Virus record (IMG/VR): IMGVR_UViG_3300037400_001273
Coordinates: 1-64,000 of that record
DNA from: a virus
Taxonomy: Duplodnaviria > Caudoviricetes
Reading direction: 5' to 3' (one strand)
Length of the DNA stretch: 64,000 nt
Shown here: one piece after another, positions 12,568-24,300 of the stretch
How positions within the stretch are numbered: position 1 is the stretch's first letter
Layout of the letters: each line of letters opens with the position of its first letter
Made by a program: the position numbers and the translations under genes
Notes under the pieces: generated by a model
What the model saw: the letters and a program-made list of their open reading frames with translations, nothing else
Database searches by the model: none
What the model was told of the DNA's origin: nothing

Positions 12568-15500
12568 TTCCAATTATTCATTAATTTGTTAAGAATAGCT
12601 TTAGTAATAGCACTACTATCACCAATAGCTCTCTATGTAGTTTTTATACCTTCTAAAATTCTTTTATCGAATCTTCTATTATCATCAATTCTTGCTTTAA
12701 AGATGTTATCATAAATTGTTCCACCTTTTGCATATTTATTAGTAGAATAAGAGTAAGGAGTTGTAGAAAGTTTTAAATCATCCCAATTTACTCCGTATCT
12801 ATTTGCAGAGTAACGACCAATTTGATTATAAGCATCAACTTGGTATCTATTTTGGATAATTTCCATATCTTTCTTAATTTTATTAGCTTCTGCTGTATCG
12901 TTTGCTTTAATAGCAGCATCATATTGACGAGAAAGATTAACAAAATCTTTATCAGTCTTCATTTTATATTGAGCTAATAACATTGCTTGTCTTTGATTCC
13001 ACTGTTCTTGCATATCAGCTACTTGCTCTTTCTTCATCTCAGCTTTTTGTTCCTCGTAATCTTTTTTAGCTTCATTCTTAGCAAGTCTTTGACGTAATTC
13101 TAATTCATATTTATCACTTAAAGCATTACGAACTTGTGAGTTAGCTGCATCACGACCATTAAGAATATCTATGTCCATATTCTTTTTATTAATAAGTTGA
13201 GCATTGTTAAAGTTACCTGTTTCAACTTCTTGAGCGTGATTGTAGTTTCCAACTTCAACAGCTTTATCAGCATAAGTTTGACGTTTTTCATCAGCTTTAA
13301 ATCCAGCTTCTTGTTTTAGCTTAGCTGCATTACGAGAAGCTTCAAGTCTTGCTAAAAGACCTTGTTCTGTATTTGCAGTAGCATTTTGGATTTGTCGACC
13401 TTGTGTAGTAACTTGTCCTGCATTTTGTTGTCCATTTGCTAATATATTGTAAACATCAGCAGTTGGAGCAACCATACTATTAGGATTTTTTAAAGGAAGT
13501 TGCTTTCCTAAAGCTCTATCAGCTAATAAATTATTAGTTCTAATAGTATCTAATGCTGTTCTTAATGCAAGTGCTTCAGCACCTAAGCGTGTTGGATCAA
13601 ATCCATTAGGTTTAATTAGATTTGGTTTAGTAACAGTAGGATTATTTTGTGGTTGTGGTTCAACAGTTGAAGGTTTTATTTCTGATTTAGGAGTTTCAGG
13701 AGTAGGTTGAGGTTCAGTTTTAGGAGGTAATAAATGGAGTGTTCCATCATCTTCTTTATAAACTTGATATTCAGAACCATTATTTAATTTTACAGTATGT
13801 GTTCTGTTTTGCTTTTCAAAGTCATCAAGATCAGCATATTTTTTATCATAGTTATCAGCAACTCTGTGAGCTGTTGTACTACCTAAAATATCTTCTATAT
13901 TAACATTATATTTTAATTCTCCTACAAAAGGATCATTTATAGAATTATATAGTCTTTGATGGGCTTGATTATGTTTACTCCAACCTCTCTTATTATAAGG
14001 ATAAACATCTTTATTTTTCCAAGAATTATTTACTAATGTAATATCATTATTATAATCTGTTAAAAATTTATTTATATCCTCATATTTACCATTGTCAGAA
14101 TAAGATTGTATATCACTTCTTAATCTTCCAATATCTTTTAGATAATTTCGCATTACGCTATCAACATCTTGACCTGTTATATTTGTATGAGTAGATGTTG
14201 AATTTAATAATCCTCCGTTAGCTGTATTTTTTTGTTTTACAGTTTCTGGATATAAAGCTACATACGGATGTAAAATAGCATCCATATTTTCTCTATGATA
14301 AGTAGGTAAAGAATATGTTTCATCAATAGGTCTTGTTGTATATTCATTCCAACCTTGTTGCTTTTCTTTTTCTTCACGCATCTTATCCCAGAAATTACCA
14401 CCTGCTTGATATTTTTGAACAATTTTTTCGAGCTTACCTCCATTTTTATACCATCCTCTTGTACGAGCAAGATTTTGCTGTGCAATTCTAATTGCATTAT
14501 CAGGATGAACTTTTGGTCTCTGAGGTGGAGCAGTAGAAATTGATGGAGCAATAGGATTTTGAACAGGTGTCTGAACAGAAATAGTTCTTTGAACAGCAGT
14601 TGGTTTATAACCAAATGATGGTAAATGCATCCAAGATGGACGTTTTACATTTAAACTCATCATTCCTACTTCTGAAAGAGGACTTTTTTTATACATTGAA
14701 CTATTATCAATTAAACTAAAGTCATATACAGGCTTTTGTCTAACTTTAACAGATTGATTCCAGAAATGTGTATTGTTTGTAGGTTTTAATAAATCTCCTC
14801 TTATACTACGACCGAATGCTATATCATCATTATGACCCATTTGTCTAACCATTTGGTTCATTTCATCAGTTGTTTTAGCAGTTTTTAATTTGTCTAATTG
14901 TTGTTGAGTTAATTTAATATCACCTTTTTTACCTTGTATAACAATATCAGTTTTACCTGTATTTGCTGCATTTTTAACGGCTCTTGCTTTAAGAGTACTT
15001 GATCCAAGTTTAGTTGTATTAGCAACAGCAGTCATTGCTCTAACAATAGTCATATAATCATCAACTGTACCTTTTCCAGCTTCAATTTTATCATATGCTT
15101 CTTTTGCAGCACCTACATCAGTTACAGAAGCACCAACAGATAAAACCCAAGGAACAAAAGTTCTTACTCCTTTCCAAGCTTTTGTTAATTTACTTCCTGT
15201 ACCAACTAAAGGTAAAGCACCAATAGCAGTCATTCCTAAACCTTTAGCAAAATTCCAAGCTACATCACCTGCTGAATATCCTTCTGAAATATCAGCACCA
15301 GCTCTTGCTATATCAGATCCAATACCTTGAATTAAAGAAGCAGCATTACCATAACCAGGAACAAATGATGCTACAGCACCAGCTAAATCAGCAACACCAG
15401 AATAGAATCTTACCTTGTTAGCAGTATCCATATTATCAAGTGCTTCTCCCCAATTATTTGCTTTTTTAGAACCATTTTCAATAGCCTTTTGAGGACGTCC

Positions 15501-17024
15501 TGATTCTTTTGCTTTTTCTTGTAATTGTTTTTGTTCTGCTTTACGACTATTTGCTATATCTTCTTGAATCATTTGGGCAAAACTAACTCCTTGGCGAGCC
15601 ATAATAATTCCACCGTTTTTATGAATAGAAATATTATTATTCCACCAATCGCGGTTAGCTTGTGATAAAATATCACTATCTGAAGTTTTCATTCTTCTTA
15701 ATTCTCCAGAATTTTTATCGTATACCCAAGTATATCCTTTATTATAACGATTATATCCATTTAAAACGTATATTCCATTACCAATACGTTGTAAATTTTG
15801 TGTAAATCCATCTGACTCATTATCAGCATAATTAGACTCTATTTCAAGTAATGCTCTTAATTGACGTCTTATAGAAGGACTTGCACCATTCCAATAATCA
15901 ATAAAACTTCTATTTTTACCACTCATTAACTTACTATATAAAGCATGAACATTTTTATTAATTCCAAATGCTCCATAAGGATTAAGTTTTTGAGTTAAAT
16001 AATTGTTAATATTAAATGATTGGTCACCCATTAAGCTAAAATTACGTGGTTTAAAATCTCCAGCAATTTCATTATACCAATCATTAAAATTAATATCATC
16101 AATTTCTTTTTGTATGTTTTTCTGATTCTGTTTAATTGCAGAATCATAACGTGCAGTTTCAACTCTCATGGCATCTTCTAAAGATACTCCAGGGTGTTGA
16201 GTCATATATGCTTGTGCTTGTGCTTTAATTGCTTCTTCTCTTGTAGGTTGTGCACCTTGTTCTGTAGATTGAGTTGGTTGTTCTGTACCATCTGCTAACC
16301 ATGACATAGCTTGTGCACTTGTCATATCACCTACATCCATTAATGCACGTATAACATTATCATTATATTCTCCTTTTTTAAGAAGATTGATAGCATCATT
16401 AATATGAGTTATTCTATCGTTTTTATCTTTATATTTACTTCCCTCATAATCAATATCTTGTGTATCTATATCAGATTTTAATCTTTCAAGATATCCAGCT
16501 AAAGTATTCATTCTTTTAACTCTAGAACGAACTCCGTTACCATCAACTTCATCTTGATTTAGCCAAAGTTTAATATCTTGGTCAGAACCTGTATAGTTTC
16601 CACCATAGAAATTATTATTTATGATGTTACCTAAAGCACCTCTTGTATCTTCAAATTTAATTCCTTTTTTCTTATCTGCTTCTCTTTGAGTATCCATTCC
16701 CGTAGAAAGCTCCCAAAGAAATTGAGCAGCTTTTCCATAAGGATCGTTTGGTTGTGAACTATTTGATAATTCTCCTGTCTTATCAATTAATTCTCCATTT
16801 TTACTCATAGAACTAATATCTCCTTTTTCGATACCTTGTATTATTTTATTAAAAGCATCATTAGCAGAAACTTCATCGTCTCCAGAGATATTATAATTTG
16901 ATTTAAAGGTGTTCCAATTCTTTTTAGCTAAGTAAATAAAATCGTTTTTATTTACGTTTCTACCTCCTATATCAAAAAGTTCGGTAGTGGAACCACCTTG
17001 CTAAAATTTCTTTACTTGAGCCAT
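12564..17024 (-). CDS. Virion cargo/ejection protein, 1486 aa, with Gly/Ala-rich membrane-type segments
   Basis: Starts MAQVKKF*QGG (TAG 17001); TAG 12633 reads through to TGA overlapping the next ATG. Confidence 0.8.
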
Positions 17025-17032
17025 ATTAAATG

Positions 17033-17064
17033 AAAAAGGAGCACACATTGTTAGTGTGCGCTCC
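17033..17064 (-). terminator. Intrinsic terminator
   Basis: Minus strand GGAGCGCACAC-TAACAAT-GTGTGCTCC then TTTTT; one bulge. Confidence 0.7.
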
Positions 17065-17072
17065 TGAATAAA

Positions 17073-17426
17073 TTATTTTTTAATTCTCTTAACTAAAGTT
17101 CCACCTCTACGGTAAACTGGTTCACCAGCTTCAGCGGCAGAAACTTCATCAGGTGCACCTTCAGCACCACCACCTTGTGCTTGCTGTAGTAACTGAACAA
17201 ATACCTGACATACTTGCATAGCTGCATTACAATCTTGTGATTGTAGTGCTTGCATAGCCATTTGTGCAATCTGCATCATTGGATCTTCTCCGCCTTCTGG
17301 TGCTCCTGCTGGTGCTCCACCCTTCACAGGTGCTCCACCTGCTGCTGGATCCTGTGGAGGCATAGCTCCACCTTGTTGGAATTTATTAATTCCTCTGTTG
17401 TTATTAAAATTTACTTTCAGTTTCAT
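17073..17426 (-). CDS. Small Gln/Gly/Ala-rich protein, 117 aa, probable internal virion protein
   Basis: ORF track; KFQQGG near N-terminus and YRRGG near C-terminus. Confidence 0.75.
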   Translation of the reverse strand: MKLKVNFNNNRGINKFQQGGAMPPQDPAAGGAPVKGGAPAGAPEGGEDPMMQIAQMAMQALQSQDCNAAMQVCQVFVQLLQQAQGGGAEGAPDEVSAAEAGEPVYRRGGTLVKRIKK

Positions 17427-17468
17427 AATTAATTATTGTTTAAATTTAAACTTTGTGATTTGAATATT

Positions 17469-17499
17469 CAAATATATGTAATATTTAAATTAAATCAAA
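17469..17499 (-). promoter_or_regulatory. Bacteroidota primary-sigma-type promoter
   Basis: TTTG, 19 nt, TATATTTG matches the -33 TTTG / -7 TAnnTTTG consensus; overlaps palindrome TTTGAATATTCAAA. Confidence 0.55.
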
Positions 17500-17536
17500 A
17501 TAAAATTAATTAAAATAAATTATTTAAATATGTATA

Positions 17537-18127
17537 TCAATCCTCAGTTTTTTCTTCTTTCTTCTTTGCTGAGTCTACATATTCAACAGGTCTTTCATCT
17601 TGTCCTTTTAAAACCTTAAACATATATCTTCCGAGAGCTTTATAATCTTTGTCATCCTTACTTTTATCAGCTTTTTTAGCTTTTTTAATAAGAATTTTTG
17701 TTTCTCTTCTAGATACTATTCTTTCTCCACCTTGAAGCCACATTTGAACTGAACCATCTGGTGCAAGAACTTTCATAACACCTTCTGCTTCATCTTCTTC
17801 AAAAAGTAATTCATCACCTGGTTTAATTCCAGAATTTATATTAACTTCAAGTACATATGCTACATCTTTTTCTTCGATATAGTCTAAAGATAAAGGTTTA
17901 CCTTGTTTAACACTTATTACTTCTTGATCGTCATTTATAAAAACTATATCAAGTGGTATATATGTATCTTCCATCCAATAAGCAACATCTTCTGGAGGAT
18001 TGTGGTAAAATAACATTCCTTCGTCTTTTGGTAGTTCCTTAATGTCTTGTAAACCTTTTTCTCTTTCCTCTTCAGTCTTACACTCTTTAACTTTGTAAGA
18101 TTTATTGCCTATTTTAATGTTAATCAT
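17537..18127 (-). CDS. DUF192-family domain protein with extra C-terminal domain
   Basis: REKGLQ..ELPKDEGMLF...YWMEDTYIPLDIVFIN is the DUF192 signature. Confidence 0.75.
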   Translation of the reverse strand: MINIKIGNKSYKVKECKTEEEREKGLQDIKELPKDEGMLFYHNPPEDVAYWMEDTYIPLDIVFINDDQEVISVKQGKPLSLDYIEEKDVAYVLEVNINSGIKPGDELLFEEDEAEGVMKVLAPDGSVQMWLQGGERIVSRRETKILIKKAKKADKSKDDKDYKALGRYMFKVLKGQDERPVEYVDSAKKKEEKTED

Positions 18128-18133
18128 ATTTTA

Positions 18134-18577
18134 TTAACGTGTAAAGTTACGTCCGTGTAATGCTTTATTCATTTCACCGTTAGCTGCTCTTTTTTCAAAA
18201 TAGTTTTGAAGATCAGTTCTTTGATTTCCACCTTGTACTGGTTTAAGATTAGCATTAATATCATCTGTACCAGTTAGAGGTATTTCAGGTGCTTCAAACT
18301 GAATTCCTGCTAAAGCATCAGCTGGAATTTGAACATTACGCTTAGCAGTCGGAACAGGTTGCTGTGCTATTTGTTGCTGAGGAACTGTAGGTTGTGCAGG
18401 TGATTGGTTATAAAAGTGTGCAAATGCTGGATCTATAGGTGTATACTCTTGCTGTTCTAGTGCCATCTAATTTAATTTATTCTTCCAATCAGCAGCAAGT
18501 AAAGCTTTTAAATCTGCATTATTAGGAACAACGAATCCTCCTCTTTGATGTCTTGGTATTAACTTTAATTTTGTCAT
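18134..18577 (-). CDS. Hypothetical Gln/Pro-rich cargo protein, 147 aa
   Basis: Extended through TAG 18467 to MTKLKLIPRHQRGG, starting 3 nt after the upstream TAA. Confidence 0.7.
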
Positions 18578-18580
18578 TTT

Positions 18581-21349
18581 TTAAATTGTTTTAATTAATC
18601 CTGTACGATCGTCTGTATTATACAAAATTTCATCTACTAATAACTTTCCGGCTTCTAATTCAACTTCTTCTTTTTCTTTTTTAGAATATTCATAATCGCC
18701 GTGTTTTCTCTTTAGATCTTCAAGTTTTTTAGTAACTTCAAGTCTAAAAATTATCTCATTTAACTCTATTTCGGCTTGCTATTTCTCGTTATTATCAATA
18801 ACGGGAATACCTTTTTTAGTTATATTATCAATATCCATATGGTGTAATCTTGCATGAAGAGCACCATCTGGTATTACGTTTAAAGAACCTCCTTGTTTAA
18901 ATTCAAGAGTTTCTATTTCTTGCTTAGGTTTGGCTTTATAAAAATCATTTCCATACCATAATATAGATTTTGGCTCATTATTATCCCAATATTTTTTCAT
19001 ATCTTCAAATGAATGTTGAGCCATATTAAATGGAGATGCTTTAAATATCCAACCTACTTCATCATTTCCTAACCATTCTCCGCCAAAATCTTCACCACCT
19101 TTTGATTCTTTAGAATAAGTATGATGTTGAGGAAGTTTGTAATAATCATTCATATGAGCATTGCCAGGGTTAGATAATTCTGCTTCTAACCATTTTGCTC
19201 TTAACTCTTCATCATCATAAAATCCTTTGTAATCGAAATCAGGAGCAAATCGTCCTGTTTCTCTTAAATATTTTTGGAAAGAATCGAAATCTACAATAGA
19301 TTTAGGATTTAATTTAGTTCCTTCCTAAGCAATCTAAATCTCTCCTCCTTGTTTAAACTTTTCAAGAAGTCCGGTCCTATCTTCAGTATTATATAATATT
19401 TCTTCGGTAAGCAACTTACCCGCTTTAATAGCTGCTTCATCACTACCATCCTTTTTAAATTCCTCAATTAATTTAGTTACTTCTAATCGGAATATAATTT
19501 CATCACGTTCAATTTCAGCTTGTTGATCTCCTTCGTTATCAATTACAGGTACACCTTTCTTTGTAACATTATCAAGATCCATGTGATGAAGATTAGCGTG
19601 TAATGCTCCTTCTGGAATTACATTTTTAGTTTCTTCTTTTTCTTCTACAGGCTCTATTATTATAGTCTTTTTAGTTTCTATAATGATACGTGCTCTATCT
19701 AATTTATCTTTAAATGAATTAAGAATACCTCCTTTTTTAGAGAATGTTATATCTCTATATCCACCATTTAATAAATTATTAAGAGATTGAGCCTCAGTGC
19801 CAGTCATAGTTTGTTGTAAAGTCTTAACTCGTTCAGATTCATTAGAAATGTTTCTAAGAATGTTTTGTTGACGAATCATTTCTTGAATTTTATTCTCCCA
19901 TTTATTCTTTTGACTTCTTGAAAATAATCCGAACTTTTTACCAGCATATGGTTCTACTTCATCAGCTAAAGCATTAGAACCTAAATAAGAACCACCAATA
20001 TTTGCAAATATATCAGTATCTTTTGTAAATGCAGAAGTAGATTTTCCACCAAATCCATTAATCATTCCAATTGGAGTAGCTTGCAAAAATGCAGAACCAA
20101 GTATTGCATCAGTTGTAGTCATACCATCAGTACCACCACCCATTGCTTTAACTCCATGACCAAGTAATTTATTGCCAGCCATAATAGCTCCAGCTAATGT
20201 TCCAATACCCGGAATAGCACTTACACCCGCTTCAATAGCATCATAAGCTGTATCAAGTCCTTGTGTAATACCTCCTTTAACACCTTGATATTCAGTAGGT
20301 GTTTGATTACCAAATAAAGCAGTATCAGCAATACTTGCACCAATTCCAGCTAAATTAGCAACATTAGTTAACTTAGCAGCTTTAGCTGCTTGTAAAGCCT
20401 TACCGGCTTCAGTAGCATCTTTAATGTTTTTAGCTGTTTTAATTGCAGTATTTGCAGATTTAATACCTTTAATACTATTAATAATATTCTTACTTTGTCC
20501 TATTAATTGACCTCCAGCACGAACTACAGAATTATCAGATGTTCCAAGCATACCGCTTACGGCTCCTATACCTGTATCTAATAAACTATCTCCATTTATT
20601 CCACCACTTAAATTACTAAGTCCAGAAGAAATAGTACTATCTACAGTTTCATTTCCTGTTGATAATCCTGCTGCTTGAGCTGCTTGAAGACCTATACCAA
20701 TATATTTACCATCAAGCATACCTTTATTTGGACCAACCTAATCAATTTGTGTATTAATTTGTTCAGTTATTCCATCATTAGTTTGATTAATCGTTCCATT
20801 AATAGGTGCTGCAGATTTAGGATCTACTATCATTTTATTAATATCATTTCCACTTAATTTAGGTTGAAAAGTATTAGTTTTATCAGGAGTAAATCCAACA
20901 TCAAACAATGATGGATTTGTAATAACATTTGGTTGTTGATTTATTACACCTCTATTATTGGCTCTTTCATTAAAAGCATTAACATTTGGATCTCCTAAAT
21001 CATATTTAGATAAATCCATTTTATTTATTTGCTCTTTTTGTTTAAGAAGAGCATTATCTTTATCATTTAAAAGCCACTTGTAAGAATTATCTTTTTTGTT
21101 GTAATCCTAAAGATATTTTTGAGCATTATCTGCAAGTCCTTGACCAAATTGTGCAATTCCTTGTCCAACTTGTTGAGCTTTTTGTTGTTCTTCAAAATAC
21201 TTAGAATAATCAGAAGTTGCATCAAAGTTATTTGTTACATCTTCTGTATTAAACTATTGAAGATCCATCCAATTAAAATTAGAATTTATCCAAGGATTTA
21301 AATTGGAGGGGGTTTGAAAGCCCCCTCCGTTCATATTTAATCTACTCAT
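18581..21349 (-). CDS. Virion cargo protein, about 922 aa (start uncertain), with amphipathic membrane-type region and a duplicated C-terminal domain
   Basis: ORFs 20738..21019, 19334..20719 and 18779..19153 share a frame; joined through TAGs 21254, 21107, 20738, 19334, 19325, 18779; TAA at 18581. Confidence 0.8.
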
Positions 21350-21350
21350 A

Positions 21351-24300
21351 TTATAAAGATTGTGAATATATAGTAATTATCTTATGAATTAAAGCAAGTT
21401 TTTCACCTGAATAACGTATTCTAATTCGTATATATTTATCTCTTATTTTAGTTTGTTGTCTTGTACATTTAGTATCAGGATCACCGATTTCGTAAGTATA
21501 TTGTCCACTTCCGTTTGTTTCAACATTCTAAATTATAGGTAGATCACCCCAAGAATCAACATCAATTTCTTTATCTTTTAATGATTCTGGAATATCTAAA
21601 TCATAATTAGTAATATTTGCTGGAATTGGAATATTAGCAATACTTACAGGTACTTTACCATTCTTCCATGTTGAATTTATGATATTTCCTTGTTCGTCCA
21701 CTCCATCATTTTCATTTTTCTAAACAAAATTGATAGGAGATATTTGAACTCTCCAAGTATCGTTTTTATATTGCATATTACCTCTTAAACGATTTCCAGA
21801 CCCCTTATCGACATCTATTGCTCTACTATGAACCCACAAACCGTATTCATCTGTAACTTTATCATGAGTAACTTCTGTTCCAGTTAATTCATCATAATTC
21901 TTATTACTTGCAGTAATTTTCTTATATTGATCCTCAATCTCATTAAATGTATCTTGACGTGCTTCATACATTTGTGGTAAAATTGTAGATTTAGGATTTT
22001 GTCGTACTCCTTCATCTTCAATTTCTTTCCAATCGTGGTCGTAAAGAATATCACTACCATTATACTGATATAATTCTTTTGTAGATTCTTGGCGAATATA
22101 CATATTCTTTTTGTCATTAGCAAATTCTATGCCATTTCCAATTATTTGATAATGGAATGATTCTGGCTCTGCATTATTTGATATAATTTGTAAATTATCA
22201 AATATTTTTTGAACCTCTGGATTATCATTTACACAAAATTCTATTTCAAATGGATGTTGTTTTCCATACCAATGACAAGGTTTAATTTTTTCAGTAACAT
22301 TTTGTAAACCTGCTTGACCATGTTTCCAAAAAGCACTCATTAATGAAGGTTTATTTTCATCATAAGGTTTTGTATTTCCATTATCATAAACAGATTTTAA
22401 ACAAATAGCAATAGTATTATTATAATAATTTTCTTTTACTAAAGTTCCATTTAATAAACTCTTATTTTCATCTTCTACAGATTTTACTTTAGCTGAAATG
22501 TTAAGTAGAATTACAGGATAAGGATAATCATCTGGTAATTTATATTTTTGAACAACCATCCAAGGATCTCCTTGACTAGTGTCTACATTTTCAATAATTA
22601 ATCCGTTATCACCATCATAATAATTTTGATTTCCTTCATTCATTATTTCAAATCCATTTTCATCTATAATATGTATTGTACCATCATCAACAGCAAAATA
22701 TTTATAGTTACCAAATGGATCTCTTTCTAAAGTATATTCTACTTTATATTTACCTTGAATATCTCTATTAGATAATTTTAAGAATCCAATTGGATATTCT
22801 GGGCAAACTCTACCTTCTCTATTAAAATCAATTAATGAATTATATTCTTCAGATTCATCATTAATAATGTTATTAGTTAAGGTAATTCCATCAGCAAAAT
22901 CTGAATAACAATTACTTATTCCAAGTTTAGCAATCCATTTAGATGTGTTTCTATCAAAACTAAAGAATTGATTGAATATATTTTCTGAATAAGAAGGAAC
23001 CCAAGAATAAAGAGTTACCCAAATTTGTTGTGTTTCATTCCAACAAATATTCCATACTTTTTCTTCAAATCCACGTAAATTATCATAGAAAGTAAACATT
23101 ACATCGTTTTTATAACCATTATAATGTGTTTTAACATTTCTAATACCAATAAGAGGTGTTAATTCACGTTCACTTAATGTAATATTTTGATTTAAGAATT
23201 GTTGTATGTGTACATCAGAAATAGTTTGAACGTTAGGAGAATCTACTCCTACTCTCCAAATTTTCTTAGCAACTGTATCAACACCATAAATGTAATATGG
23301 AGTTTTTACAATACTTTCTTTCCATTGACTTCCAAATTTATCAGAAATAATTCTTGGTTCACCAATTACTTTATTAGCTCCAACATATACATTTTCTCCA
23401 GAAGCATTTTGTAAAAGAGCTTTTTCATTTACAGGAATACTTCCAATTCCGTGTTCAAATACAACTAATAATGAACCATTTGATTCAAGAATCTTTGTAA
23501 TTGAACCATATTCTTTAGAATAATCTTGGAAATGTCCTAATTCAAATACTCTGAAGTTATTACTATATGAATCATTAGAAGCTGGATTAGAATATAATAT
23601 TCTACTTGAAAATTCATTCTTTTCAGCCGGAACATCAGCAGCTTCTATATACTTTTTAACACCAAATTCCTTTTGGAATCCTTTATTAAAGTATGAAGAT
23701 TCTGGAGTTTTGTAAGAACCATCTAAATTTATTTTATATCGAGGATAGAATCCACGTCCATGTCCGATTAATGCTTTTTCATCAGAATGACTATCATCTA
23801 CACCACGTATACATAAGTTTTTAGTAGAACGAAGAGTAAATGTAACCCAAGTTCCTAATCTTACAGCATTTAAATCACCAATATTAATATTAGCAAATTT
23901 ATGCTTTTCAATTACACCGTCTTTAACTGAGTAATTATCTTTCCAACATTTTGGATTAACAATATCATCATTAGTAGGTGCAGCTGGATCTTGGAAATTA
24001 CGATTCATTCTATGTGTAAATTGACATATATAACAATCTCCACGATATAAAACAAAGTTTTCATTTTCAGCAAAATCATTTATTTCTAATCTGTCAGAAA
24101 TAGGGAAGAATGAAGAATTATCACTATATCTAACATTGAAATATTCTTGAATTTTACTCTTACTATATCCTGGGATTTTAATATCATATAATGTCAATAC
24201 TTTATTTTTGTTAGCACTTTGAACTCCTAAATAAGGACCCCAATTTCCTCTAACAAAGTTTGTTGCATCAGTCTTTTTATTTTCTTTAGCAATATATTCA

